Source of the DNA: Camelus dromedarius
Lineage: Eukaryota
Reading direction: 5' to 3'
NCBI RefSeq assembly: GCF_036321535.1
Contig: NC_087437.1
Coordinates: forward strand, 56,112,001-56,176,000
Length of the DNA stretch: 64,000 nt
Position 1 is the first letter of the stretch. Every line of letters begins with the position of its first letter. This document shows, piece by piece, positions 23,471 through 34,748 of this stretch. Below the pieces are notes generated by a model that was not told the origin of the DNA, did not search any database, and saw nothing but the letters and a program-made list of their open reading frames with translations. Both the position numbers and the translations under genes were made by a program.

Positions 23471-24021
23471 TCTCATACTCATTTTAAGATCTGAAGCCTA
23501 AGTAACTAAAGGATAGATACAATTATTAATACCATAAAAATTAAGCTATCAGCTGATTTGGGACAAAGAAGATGAGCTAAGGTACAAATGTGTTCACTTT
23601 TAAGTGACAGTGAGACTTACGTGTAGACTTCCAATGGAATTTCAGCATGAATAAGGTTTAAACCTGCTCTTGCAAAAAAGAGTCAGGCAAAGACTCTGCA
23701 TACAGCTGGGCTTGCAGGACAGCAAGTTGGAACTCTGAAGCTCATTATGGTGGAACAGATGGGAGAGCTCGATACACGTAAGCGTCTATAGAGAGGCTAG
23801 AACTTCTAAGAGTTTAAGGTGAAGTCTAAGTAAATATCATGGTCCCCTGCACCCAGAAGCATAGAGTAGGACATCTGTGCAAATATGTCCAGTATTTGTG
23901 CAAAGACCAAAGGCTAGTCTATAAAGTGACACGGTGTATTTCAGAAAGTGGAACCTAAGGATCCTCCAGTATATTAGGTAAGATGAAGTCTGAGAGATTC
24001 TAACAGGGACTTTTTTTTTTC

Positions 24022-24230
24022 TTTTTCAAGCTTTTTTGATCACAACCCATAGTAAAAAATTACATTTTTATCACAATGGAGCACACATATTCCTATATAT
24101 GCCTAGCTGACACTGTGGGCTTTGCACTCTTGTCATTTTTCTACTACATTAATTTTTTTATATTGCTGGATGCAAATAACTAAACTGATTTCACAATCCA
24201 CTAATTGGATACAATTTGTTGCTGGAAAGA
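24022..24230. mobile_element. hAT-Charlie non-autonomous element fragment
   Basis: tttttcaagcttttttgatcacaacccatagtaaaaaattacatttt...ctaaactgatttcacaatccactaat. Confidence 0.6.
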
Positions 24231-24768
24231 AATTGGTTAAGAAGTCACTGAGGGAGGTAAATGCTAGCAACCTATGTATCCTACAGGAATAGGACTCAGA
24301 TAGCCTATGGGACATGTCAGTCCATTATTAAAGATGTCATATTTGAGGATGAAATTGAGTTCAAAGTCATAAATGCAGTTCAGGGGTTCGGGGCACAGAG
24401 ACAATGGTTAAAACTCTGCAGTAGATAAATTACTTAGATGGAGAAAAACAAAAGGAATAAATCAAAGCAGAAGATCAAAAACTGAACTGTACAGAATACC
24501 CACAGTTCTGCAGTGGAATAAGGAAGAGGAATTAGAAAATAATAAAAAACATATGTTTATATGAGGAATTTAATAAAGTATAGTTTATGGCAATTGTTTT
24601 GAAGTAGGGGTCATTGATCTGTTTAACGTCGATCTTTTTAGAACAATATTATTGCCAGTGTGTGCTGGTGTGTTGTGGACTACGAAGTAATTTATTCTTC
24701 TCATTGGGGTTGTAAATCAAGAATTCCTTTTCTGAAAATGGGTACACCAGTCCAGAAAAGACAGTTTA

Positions 24769-24788
24769 TTCTGCCATCTAGTGGTCCA
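24769..24788 (-). promoter_or_regulatory. CTCF core motif match
   Basis: Minus strand reads TGGACCACTAGATGGCAGAA, fitting the CTCF core CCAC/G-YAGRKGGC-R. Confidence 0.55.
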
Positions 24789-24959
24789 TTTTTTTATGCT
24801 ATCAGCTCTAATTGGTAAGTACTGACCTAGGAAAAATGAAACCAAAATTAACCCAAAGACACATTTTAATTATGGTATATGTTATGTGAATATTGGAGGC
24901 CAGTCAACAGAACTAGAAATATTAAAGTCTGAGGTAGGCCTTCCTCTTGGGCACCCTTT

Positions 24960-26250
24960 CAAAATATTTTTTCTCATAGGGAAAGTTCTAGGAAAACCCA
25001 TAAATTAACTAGAAATAAGTTTAACCTGAAGAAAATTATAGAACCTTATGAAGTAATACAGAAGAAGGAAGAGATATACTGTGCTTGTTAAAGGAAGATT
25101 CATTATTATAAATGTGCACACTGTTCCCAAATTTGGCAATAAATTCAACAAAATCCCAGGCAAAATCCCCGAAGATTTTTGTTTGTTTTATATTTAAATT
25201 TTATAAATAGGCTCTAATGTTTATATGAAAGAGAAAATGTGAAACAAACCACCTCTTCATAAACTAAAGGTAAACAACCCAAAAATAAGATAAAGGACTT
25301 GCTTCAGATACATTTAAAAAATCATAAAATGATAGTCATTAAATATATAAAATTATGCAGAAATAAATGAGTAGACAGATTGAACAGCACACAGAGTCCA
25401 GCAACAGAATGGTGAAAAAATATTGAAATTCAGCTGATGATTAAAGTGACATTTCAAATCAGTGGGGAAAAAAGAGAGCAAGTATTCAGTGCTGTTGCCA
25501 AGATGTGTTATGCGTTTGGAAAAAAATAGGTATTTTCAACCTCAAGCTATCTACCAGTATAAACTCCTTATGGCCCTCAGAGGTAAATATAAAAAGCAAA
25601 CTATTAAAGTGTTAAGGAGAAAATGCAGGATAGTTTTTATAACCATATGTTGTGGAAAATCTAAGCAAAACACAATCCCAGAGTCATAAAGAAAAGGTTT
25701 GACACACTTGACTACGTGAAAATTTCCAATTTTTCTGTGATGTATGACACCATAACAAGGTTAAACAACAAGTGATAGACTAGAAAGTACATTCTGAATA
25801 TACAAATGCTTTTACATCTTCACATCATTAAGAAAACAAGTCAGCAGAAAATGGGCAAATGATCTGTATCAGATTCATTTAGGAAATATAAATGGCCAAT
25901 AAACTGATTTAAAAAAAGATGCTCAGACTTAACACTGATAAGAAAACATACAAGTTACAATCAAAATAAGATAATTTTTATTTATTTGAAGAGTTTGATA
26001 GTAGCAAGAACGTGTAGTCTTGTGGGGAAAGAGGCACTCTCAAACACTCTCGAAGAGTGATAAATTGGTGAAGCAGTTTTGGAAGGCAGTTTGGCAGAAT
26101 CTATAAACATTTTAAATGCACATATTTTTGACATACTAATTCTACTTTTGGACTCAGTCTTCAGGAAATAGTCACATATGTGCACAAAGATATATGTTCA
26201 TTGCTTCATTAAAAAAAATATGGGTGAAAAATGAGAGACATGTCAAAGTG
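24960..26250 (+). mobile_element. Ancient L1ME-type ORF2/3' remnant
   Basis: aaattcaacaaaatcccaggcaaaatccc, gacatttcaaatcagtggggaaa, agaaaatgggcaaatgat, ttttggaaggcagtttggcag. Confidence 0.8.
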
Positions 26251-26269
26251 AAAGAACTTTCTTCTCTTG

Positions 26270-27450
26270 CTTTCCTAAACGTCACACTTTCTCTCTTCCT
26301 CGATGACACACAGACTGATCTCATTTCTTGGTTCTAAGGTCTCTTCTCTGTCTGTTCTCACACTTGGTGACCTCCTCTAGTCTCTTGGTTCCCTGACTCA
26401 ACATCCACTACTCTCCACTTGACAATTTCTATTTCTAGCTCAGATTCCTCCTCTGACTTCCAGACTTATAAATCCACCTGCCTGTTGATACCTCCTTTTC
26501 CATATCTAACATACACCTCACACATAACTTGAAAAACCAACCCTTGATCTCATCTTCCAAGCCTGTTCTCACTTTAATCTTCTAGAGCTCAATGACTATT
26601 ATTCCAGTGGCTCAAACCAAAATCCTAGAAGTCATTATGTGAAACCACTTTCGCACATCCCCTCCATCCTATTTGCCAGCAATTCATATAGTCCTATTAC
26701 AGCTGTACTTTAAAGATGGATGAAGAACCCAATCATCTCTCAGCTTCTCCATTCTTCCTCCTCTGGTCTGAGCCGCCATCATCTATTACCCGAATGGATG
26801 ACACAGTCTCTTAACTGGTCTCCTGACTTTTGCTCATCTCCCATGTTCTGCTTTCAATAGAGCAAGTAAAACGATTCTTTTGAAATGAAAGTCAGATCTT
26901 GTCTCTTTCCTGCTTAAAATTTTCCACTGGCTTCCCATCTCACTCATGGTAAAAGCCAGGATTTCTACAATAACTTATAAACCTTAAATCAACCTAAGTT
27001 TTAGCCCTCATTTCTTTCCTCCTAATGTGCTCTCCCCTTACCTTTCTCACCTCACCTACCAAAGCTCTCCTGGCTTACACTTCTCAAGACTTTCTACCCT
27101 CCTTTTAAATCTTCCAGACCCCTAAACATGAACTTGGCATGGGGCCCAGGCATTACTGTCCCCTCTGCCTGTGCTTTATCACATATCCCCTCAGCTTTTT
27201 CAAACCTTTACTCAAATATAGCCTTTTCATTGAGCCTTTTCTGAGCAGCATCATTACCATCCAACAAGGTGTATATTTTGTGCTTTATGAAGTTGTGTAT
27301 TTATTTTCTGTCTCCTTCAACTGGACTGTTTTTTGACTGAGCTTTGGTTTGATTACTTGGATGATTTGTATATTGTTATTCACTGATGTGCCTCCAGATT
27401 TTAAAAGTTATTTGGCAGCCAGTAGGTGCTCAGTAAGCATCAGCTGAGGG
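26270..27450 (+). mobile_element. L2 LINE, long 3' fragment
   Basis: ccagacttataaatccacctgcc...gtcagatcttgtctctttcctgcttaaaa...agtaggtgctcagtaagcat...gaaggaatga. Confidence 0.85.
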
Positions 27451-28586
27451 AAGGAATGATGGACAACCATCAATAGGAGAGTATCACGAGACAATGATTT
27501 TTACAATTTTTGTATGAGTGTATCTTAAGAGAATTTGAGAAACTATGACATTGACTTTATTTTAATCATAAAGTTTCATTGCAAGAGACATGATTTCTGA
27601 TGTTCAAATAGTGTGCACATGCTTTAAATATATTTTCATCCAAGTCTAAGTGCGATCAATTCTCACATTCAATTTATGGAAAACATCTGTCTTATAATCC
27701 AAATAGCAAAGCTAACTCTCATATTTGTGTCAAAAATAGCTGACTCCATTTTCAGTTCAAACAGGCATATAAACGCCTGCTCCGGGGACAACCATCTCAC
27801 TTCTGAATACCAATTCTAAGCTACTCCAGTTGTCTGGGTGAAAATCAATGTTAACTTCTCAGCACTGAAACTTTCTGTGCCTTGCTCTTCCTCGCCCTTT
27901 CCCCCAGAAGCTAAGCATTCTCCCGCTGTCTTTTGGTTTGCATTCCAAGATGCTTTATATCTGGAGGCAATTACATTATAGTAAATAATAGGGATTGGCG
28001 AGAGTTATGATTTTCTGCTGTTAAATAGGAGAATGGTGATTGATTGTGAAAGAGAGAGGAAAGAAGACCAGTTCAATCACAGGAGCATTCTCGGTAAAAT
28101 CAGTTTTAGGGAAAAGTACACTTGAAAGCTGAAGAATCTGGAAATCAGTTTCTTTCTCCATTCCAACGTGTTCCTGGAAAGTCTATGAGCAACCCTGGGT
28201 ATTCACTCAAACTTTATACTGAAGATGGATTATACTATGGAATTCTATGCAATAATAATTAAAAAGAGGTGCATCTGTATGAAATGATGCAGAAAATTTT
28301 TTAAAAATTTTAATCTAAAAAGAAAGTTGCATGTTTCCAGTTTTTTAAAAAATATGTATTTAATTTACTTGTATACAAATATCAACTCATAGAAGGGTGC
28401 CACAAGAATCCATACAAAGCTATTTGTGCTGGACGTGTACCTCTGAGGAAGGGTAGACGAGTGGTGGCCTGGGGCCATGGAATACGAGATTCACATTTTG
28501 CTCAGCTAATGTTGTATACTTAAAGTATTTTTTTTAATTTACATGTTAAGAAACATTAATTACGATTAATTAAAAATGAATGAACA

Positions 28587-28735
28587 GGGGGAAGGGTATA
28601 GCTCAAGTGGTAGAGTGCATGCTTTGCATGCATGAGGTCCTGGGTTCAATTCCCAGTACCTCCTCCAAAAATAAATAAATAAGTAAACCTAATTACTTCC
28701 CCCTCCCCCAAAATAAAGAACATAAAATTTTTGTA
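28587..28735 (+). mobile_element. tRNA-derived SINE (camelid vic-1 type)
   Basis: A box tagctcaagtggtagag, B box ggttcaattccc, body aaataaataagtaaacctaattacttcccc, A-rich tail; TSD aaaaatgaatgaa (28572-28584 / 28736-28748). Confidence 0.9.
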
Positions 28736-28859
28736 AAAAATGAATGAAGATAGAAAACATTCATATTTCAAAATTTAATGAAAAAGGGGCATTAGATTAA
28801 TCCAGTAGAAACCTACAGAGAAAGAAATATAAGCTAGGAGAGAAAACACGGCAATTCAT

Positions 28860-29900
28860 AGGGTTTTTTCCCCTATATCCAAGTTTTAAATTTTGATGTA
28901 AACATCAGTCTTTTCTTTAACAAATTTATTTTTGTGCATATTTAGGAAGATTTCTCTATCCCAGGATGATGATAAATTTCACTATAATTTCTTCTAATAA
29001 TTTGGATTTTTTTTGTTATTGCCATTTGGATATTAGTTCTATCTGGAATTTATTTTTGAATACAAAACTAAGTATGAATCTATTTTTCCACATAGGTAAT
29101 CAGTATTTTTGAATAGTCTACACTTTCTCCACTAATGTAAAATGCTAATACGTGGGTCTTTTTTCTGACCTCACTGTTGCGTTTCATTGATCTACTTGTT
29201 TTTTTCTTGTAAAAATATTACACAAGTCTAATAAATATAATTTAAAAATATGTCTCAAAAATTATCTTTAGTCATCTTTCTAAATTACTTCTGCCTTTAC
29301 CTTATAGGATAGAAAGTATCTACTAAGTATGCAAGTAAGTAAAAAAATCACTAACTTTGACTGGATAATCAAAAATTCATAGATGATATTAAAAAGAAAA
29401 ACACAGCCTAAAATAAATATTTGCAATGCATATACAGGTGATAATGTTAATATAATCAATATACAAATATCTCTTTTACATCAATAAAAAATACCCTAAC
29501 TCTCCAGGAGAATAATAACCAACCAAAAGATATAAATTCCAAAAAAGAAATATAAATTATTAAACATACGAAATAAAATTTCAAAAAAATTTCAACCTCC
29601 CTAATGGTCAAAATTACATAAAAATAAAATAATTTTTAACCAAAAACATTGGAAACAATTTAAACTTCTGAAAAAAGTTATCCTGTAGATATGATCAGAA
29701 TTTAAATAATGGCATTTATTTATCATTGGGAAAGAACAAAATTGTTTAATGATATTGTGAAATAGTGGTATAATACATTGCATTCTCAACAAAATAGTAA
29801 ATTTGAAGAACATTTAATGACATAGTGAAATTATCAAGACATACTATTAAATGAAAGAGCAAGATGTAAATTGAAAATAATTTTATTTTTAAAATACAGT
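28860..29900. mobile_element. Ancient L1ME fragments (minus ~28860-29280, plus ~29340-29900)
   Basis: tctatctggaatttatttttg and gtttcattgatctacttg (antisense); aaatatttgcaatgcatatac (sense). Confidence 0.6.
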
Positions 29901-30449
29901 AATGAGAGCAACTAAGTACTTGAGACAGATGTGGAAAGAGCCATTCCTTTATGCTGTTCCTGTATATGTGAATCTCTCTCACACACACCCACGTACACAC
30001 CCAACACTGACTTCCTGTTCTATTCCATCCTATTCATATATGTACCTCCTCTAATTGTGACAGAGAAAGCTGTGAATAAAAACAATGATTCTGAAGTCAT
30101 CGTGCTAAGCATTTAATCTAATATCTTCTTTCTGAAAAATAATCAGGGCTAATTTTAGCATATCTCACATTCCTATGTATCTCAACACTAAAGCACTTTC
30201 TTAGGATCTGTTTTCTGGGAAATTCAGGTGCCTCCCCTTGAAAATCATAACCTAAAATTTCTCCTTCCTTCTTCATAAGTTCCAGCTCCTCTCAGGCTCA
30301 TACCATCTGGCTGCATAATTCATGTGGCTCCCACAAGACTATCATCCTGTGGCCTTATTCATTGAAAACTTTCTCTTTTGAATCACTCGCTTTCCATCTT
30401 TACTGCACTCTTATCATCATCATCATCACCATCATCCTCATTCTCATAA

Positions 30450-30690
30450 TTATTGTCACAGAAAACACATGTAGTCCTTAGTATGTAACAAATACTCGTG
30501 CAAGCATTTTACATCTTGTAATGCGGTCCCCTCAAAACCCAACGAGGCGGACAGTATCATGGGTCCCCATTTTGAAAAGGTAAAAGCATTCAGACTGAAG
30601 TCAGCCATTTGCTTTGAGTCTCATAGCTTCTATGTGGCAAAGCTGGCATTTGAACCCTCGTGGTCTAGCTCCAGAGTGTGTTCTGTGAAC
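30450..30690 (-). mobile_element. MIR SINE
   Basis: ccccattttgaaaaggtaaaag...gtggcaaagctggcatttgaaccc. Confidence 0.7.
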
Positions 30691-30885
30691 TAGTGTTTCT
30701 CCTGTCTCTCAATGTAGTTGATTTATCCTTGATTCTTTTAATATCTGAGTAGACATTCAACACTCTCTTCTGCCATTTCCTTGACCTCCTGTTGCTAGAG
30801 AAAAATCACATACTGCAGGATAATTTAGTAACCACAGTCTGAGCCTGGGTTCTTCTAAAACCAGAGTCTGAGAAAAGGTAGATAT

Positions 30886-32275
30886 GATAGCTAATTGTAT
30901 GTAGCTCAGGTATGTTGTCAAACACTAGTCTAGATGTTGCTTTGACGGTATTTGGTAGAAATTTGATTAACTTTTACCATCAGTTGAGTTTAAAGGAGAT
31001 TACCTTTGATAATGTGAGTAGGACACATCCAATTAGTTGGAGGTCTTAGGAGAGAAAAACTGAGATTTCCTGAAGAAGAAAGAATTTCATCATAAGACTG
31101 TAACACAAAAACCTGGCCTGATTTTCCAGGCTTCTGGCCTTTCCTATATAATTCAGAATTGCCAGCCCTCACAATCTCACAAGCTAATTTCTTTAAATCC
31201 CTCTCTTTCTTCCTCTGTCTCTGCTCCTTCCTTCTCTCCCCTCCCTCCTCCTCTCTTTCTTGCTCTCTTAGATCAATAGATAGATAGCTCAACCGATAGA
31301 TAGATAGAGATAGAGATGGTTCCCATCAGTTGTGTCTCTAGAGAACCTGTGGGTTCTCATCGCCGTGGGTGGTGATCACATCGGGATCACCAGTTGCGGG
31401 TTCTGTTCATTGTGGGTTTTGTCCAGCAAAAGTCCCACTGTGGCAGAACAAAATTACTCAAGACTTTATCAAGTCAAGAGAGTGAGAGGGAGCCAGAGAC
31501 CAACTCCTTGAGCTCTTCCAAAGCTCCTGTATTTATTGAGGATGGTTAAACAAAGAATCAAAGTAAAAGACATCATAAGAACGAGTAAGGGGCATGGTGT
31601 ATGTAAGAGATGTAGGTCAGTAGTTTCAGTTCTTGAAAAATAGAAACATTATACTCTTACAGGGAGTATACAATTGATAGCACAAATGGTTGATTTAAAC
31701 CTCCAACAATCATGAGCAATGTAGAGTTCCCAACAATTGATAATGAAAACCAGACCACCACAGTCTCCATACAATGATCAGAAATTGTCTAAGCATGCAA
31801 AGCAGCCCAGCTGTCCCCAGCTGAGGGCTAAGTCACAGTCATCTGTGAGCAGGAGCAGCCCACACCACCCACCTGCGCCTGATGAGGGAAGCACGTCCTG
31901 CCATTTAGGGAAAGGGACAAGTTATGGTTTTCCGTAAGCACAAGCAGCCCTGAATCTATGACCTCGAACTAAGCAAAGCAAGGAAAGCAAGCAAAGCATG
32001 TCTTTGCTTTTTACGGCGAGGAGAAGTAACTTTAAGGCAGCTAAGCTAAGTTCCATTGATAAGGTGTGACTGGTATTGAGAGATCAGATTTTTGCTTTGA
32101 AGTAGAAGTATAAAGACAAATATAGGAAGCATTGGTTTTGATTATACATTTCTTATGTGCTTACATAAAGGTGAGACTACATAAAGATGAGAACATGATT
32201 TGGTAAAAGCAATCATTACAATATCAAAATTGGTTAACCCAAGTTTGCGCTCCCTCAAGAACCCTGACTGGTATA
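30886..32275 (+). mobile_element. MLT2 (MLT2D-like) ERVL LTR, split near its 3' end (pieces 30886-31347 and 32258-32275)
   Basis: gtcaaacactagtctagatgttgct...gagattacctttgataatgtgag...ctagagaacc | ctgactggtata. Confidence 0.85.
31348..32257 (-). mobile_element. ERV2 (ERVK/betaretrovirus-like) solo LTR, 910 bp
   Basis: TG...CA ends, perfect 6-bp TSD agaacc (31342-31347 / 32258-32263), minus-strand CAATAAATAC at 31529-31538, length typical of class II LTRs. Confidence 0.8.
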
Positions 32276-32399
32276 GTAAGTAATTAAATTCATGTTTGAT
32301 CCCAGGGAGTTTGAGGGACCAGTGAGGATAACAAGGATGGAGAAGAATGCAAAACATGAATTTGTTGTCAAGTTGGCTAACCATGTCGCTCAAGACTTG

Positions 32400-33020
32400 A
32401 AAGATGAAAATGATGAGAGACATATACACAAGGCTGTGGAGGAAGTACTCTAGGTAAATGAAGACACCTAGGCTTGGGAAAGTTCAAAGGACAGAAATAT
32501 GGCCACTGTGAAGAGTGTAGGAGTTCTGTGATAAAGAAGTCTGAGGTGCTTTTGGAGAGACAGGCGAGAGTCAGATTCTGCAGGAGCTGTGGGCCTCATC
32601 TCAAGGAGTTTGCATTTTATTTTAGCACCATTGGAAAACAGAAAAGTTTTCCACAGTTGAATTAAAAACCTGTATTTAATTTTTAAAAGATAATTGATTT
32701 ATTTTTTAAAAATAAATGCATTGGAGATGGACAAACTGAAAGATGGGAGGCTAGGTAGGTGAACATGTCCAGGCATAAGGTAGTTGTAGCCTGGACTGAG
32801 ATGATCATAGGAGAAATCTAAGCAGATGGATTTGGAGTTAAGAACTAGCAGGACCTGAAGACTAATCAAAAAAGAGGAAGAGAGGATCTATAGATTTCAG
32901 TATTGAGCAACTGAGTCTGAAGTCACATAGCTTACTGTGATAGCAAGTATAGAAGAAAAGTAAGTTAGGGGCATGGGAAACCAAAAGTTCAATTTGGAAC
33001 CTATTAATATGGAGGTATTT
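32400..33020 (-). mobile_element. L2 LINE fragment
   Basis: aaggagtttgcattttatttt...gttgtagcctggactgag...gagttaagaactagcaggacc...aaagttcaatttggaac. Confidence 0.75.
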
Positions 33021-34430
33021 ACTGGGTACCAAGAGGAAATATTTTGTCTCATTATGTCAATCCAAGACTAAAGCAGACTGCTACCACACTACTGACTCAC
33101 TCAGTGGTAGAGAGTGGATTTTTTTTGAAGACTTTATTCTTTAGTGCGATTTTTGCTTGACAACAAAATAATGGGGTCACGGTGTGTAGTGCTTGCACAA
33201 ATGAATGTGCCCACTGGTCCAGATCCTTCACATCCTGGCTCAGATCTCTGAATAATCCTGCACCTATTTCTGTTGCACCTTCACACTGTTCCTTTAGCAC
33301 TGAGTTCTACTTAGTTTTTACAGTATTACTTTACGTTGCTATGTTGCTAAGACTCCTAGTAGGAGTCTTAAATTACTTCGTGTTTGAACTCTGCTGAAAC
33401 TACTCTCTCATGGATGTATTTACTCATTCATCAGAAGTTATTCATTTATCCAAAATATTTATTGGGGATTTTACCATGCAATGCTAGGCACTGTATATTT
33501 TTACATATATAGTTAGTTAGTTGATTATACCTGTCTCCATCCCAGGGAAAATTTGGGACAGCAAAGAAATAAGAAGAGTGGCTTTTATCCACAAGGAGAG
33601 CACAGTAAGATGTAAATTTAATCATTATCACACATAAATCACACATAAATATTAAAAGGCTCATAAAAAGTCTTATGTAGAATGTGATCAGAGTATAGAA
33701 TTGAAAATGTTACTTCCTGAGTCTGAAAATCAAGGAAACATGATGGATGGGATGTAATTTATTTGAGCCTTGATGTATCATCATAATTTTTCAGAGAGAA
33801 AACATTTCAGGCATTCTCATGCAACTCTAAGGAAACTGATTTCTGACCTGCAAATTCTTCAGCTCTGTGTCAATGTGTTACCTGAACCTCAGCCATTAAT
33901 TTGCATTCAAATTAGTACATTGGTCTTTTTTGTGCCTTAGTTTTGACATTTCTTCATTTGGAGGGATGGTGATGTTTTAATTCTGCCCTATTTGAAGGAC
34001 TAACTAATAAAAAATTGCTTCATAAGAGCTTCATTCTATAGAAGACATTATTTTGTTGTAAATATTTACGATTATTGGTTATTTTCAGCACAGCTGAAAA
34101 TGGACTCCAAAGAAATCATAACAGAAATTGTGTTTTAATATGGCCTCTAGAGTGTGTGGTCTCGTTAAAGTTTTATTTGCGTGTTTCAATAATACAAGGT
34201 CTTTTAATGTAGCTCTTAAAAATAAAATCAGTAGTGATTTTACAGATCTCCAATATTTATAAGCTAAGTAGCTCATCTCATTATTCATGGTCGAGAACAC
34301 ATTTTCCTGGAAGAATATAACCCTTTCAGCTCTGCTCCAGAAACCAGCTGCCGCTTTAAAACCTTCAGTGTCTGAGGACCTGAAAAGCAATCTTTATACC
34401 CATAGAGGGAGCCAGAGGAACACAAGTTAC

Positions 34431-34431
34431 A

Positions 34432-34482
<51 letters not shown>

Positions 34483-34530
34483 ACAAACAAACAAACAAAT
34501 AAATAAATAAATAAATAAACAATCAATCAT
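34431..34530. repeat. Compound (TAAA)n/(CAAA)n/(CAAT)n microsatellite
   Basis: Directly visible. Confidence 0.97.
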
Positions 34531-34544
34531 CACTCAAGCAGACA

Positions 34545-34651
34545 CCTTTTCCTCCTTTCTTTCTTTCTCTCTTTCTCCCTCCCTCTTTCTTTCTTTCTTT
34601 CTCTCTCTTTCTTCCTCTTTCTTCCTTCCTTCCTTCCTTTCTTCCTTCCTC

Positions 34652-34696
<45 letters not shown>

Positions 34697-34748
34697 TTCC
34701 TTCCTTCCTTCCTTCCTTCCTTCCTTCCTTCCTTCCTCCCTTCCTCCT
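34545..34748. repeat. 204-nt pure pyrimidine tract of (TTTC)n/(TTCC)n
   Basis: No purine on the plus strand across the interval. Confidence 0.97.

Noticed and set aside
28587..28665. tRNA gene
   Set aside because: A and B boxes are present, but it continues into a SINE body and A-rich tail with TSDs and has two relatives in the window.
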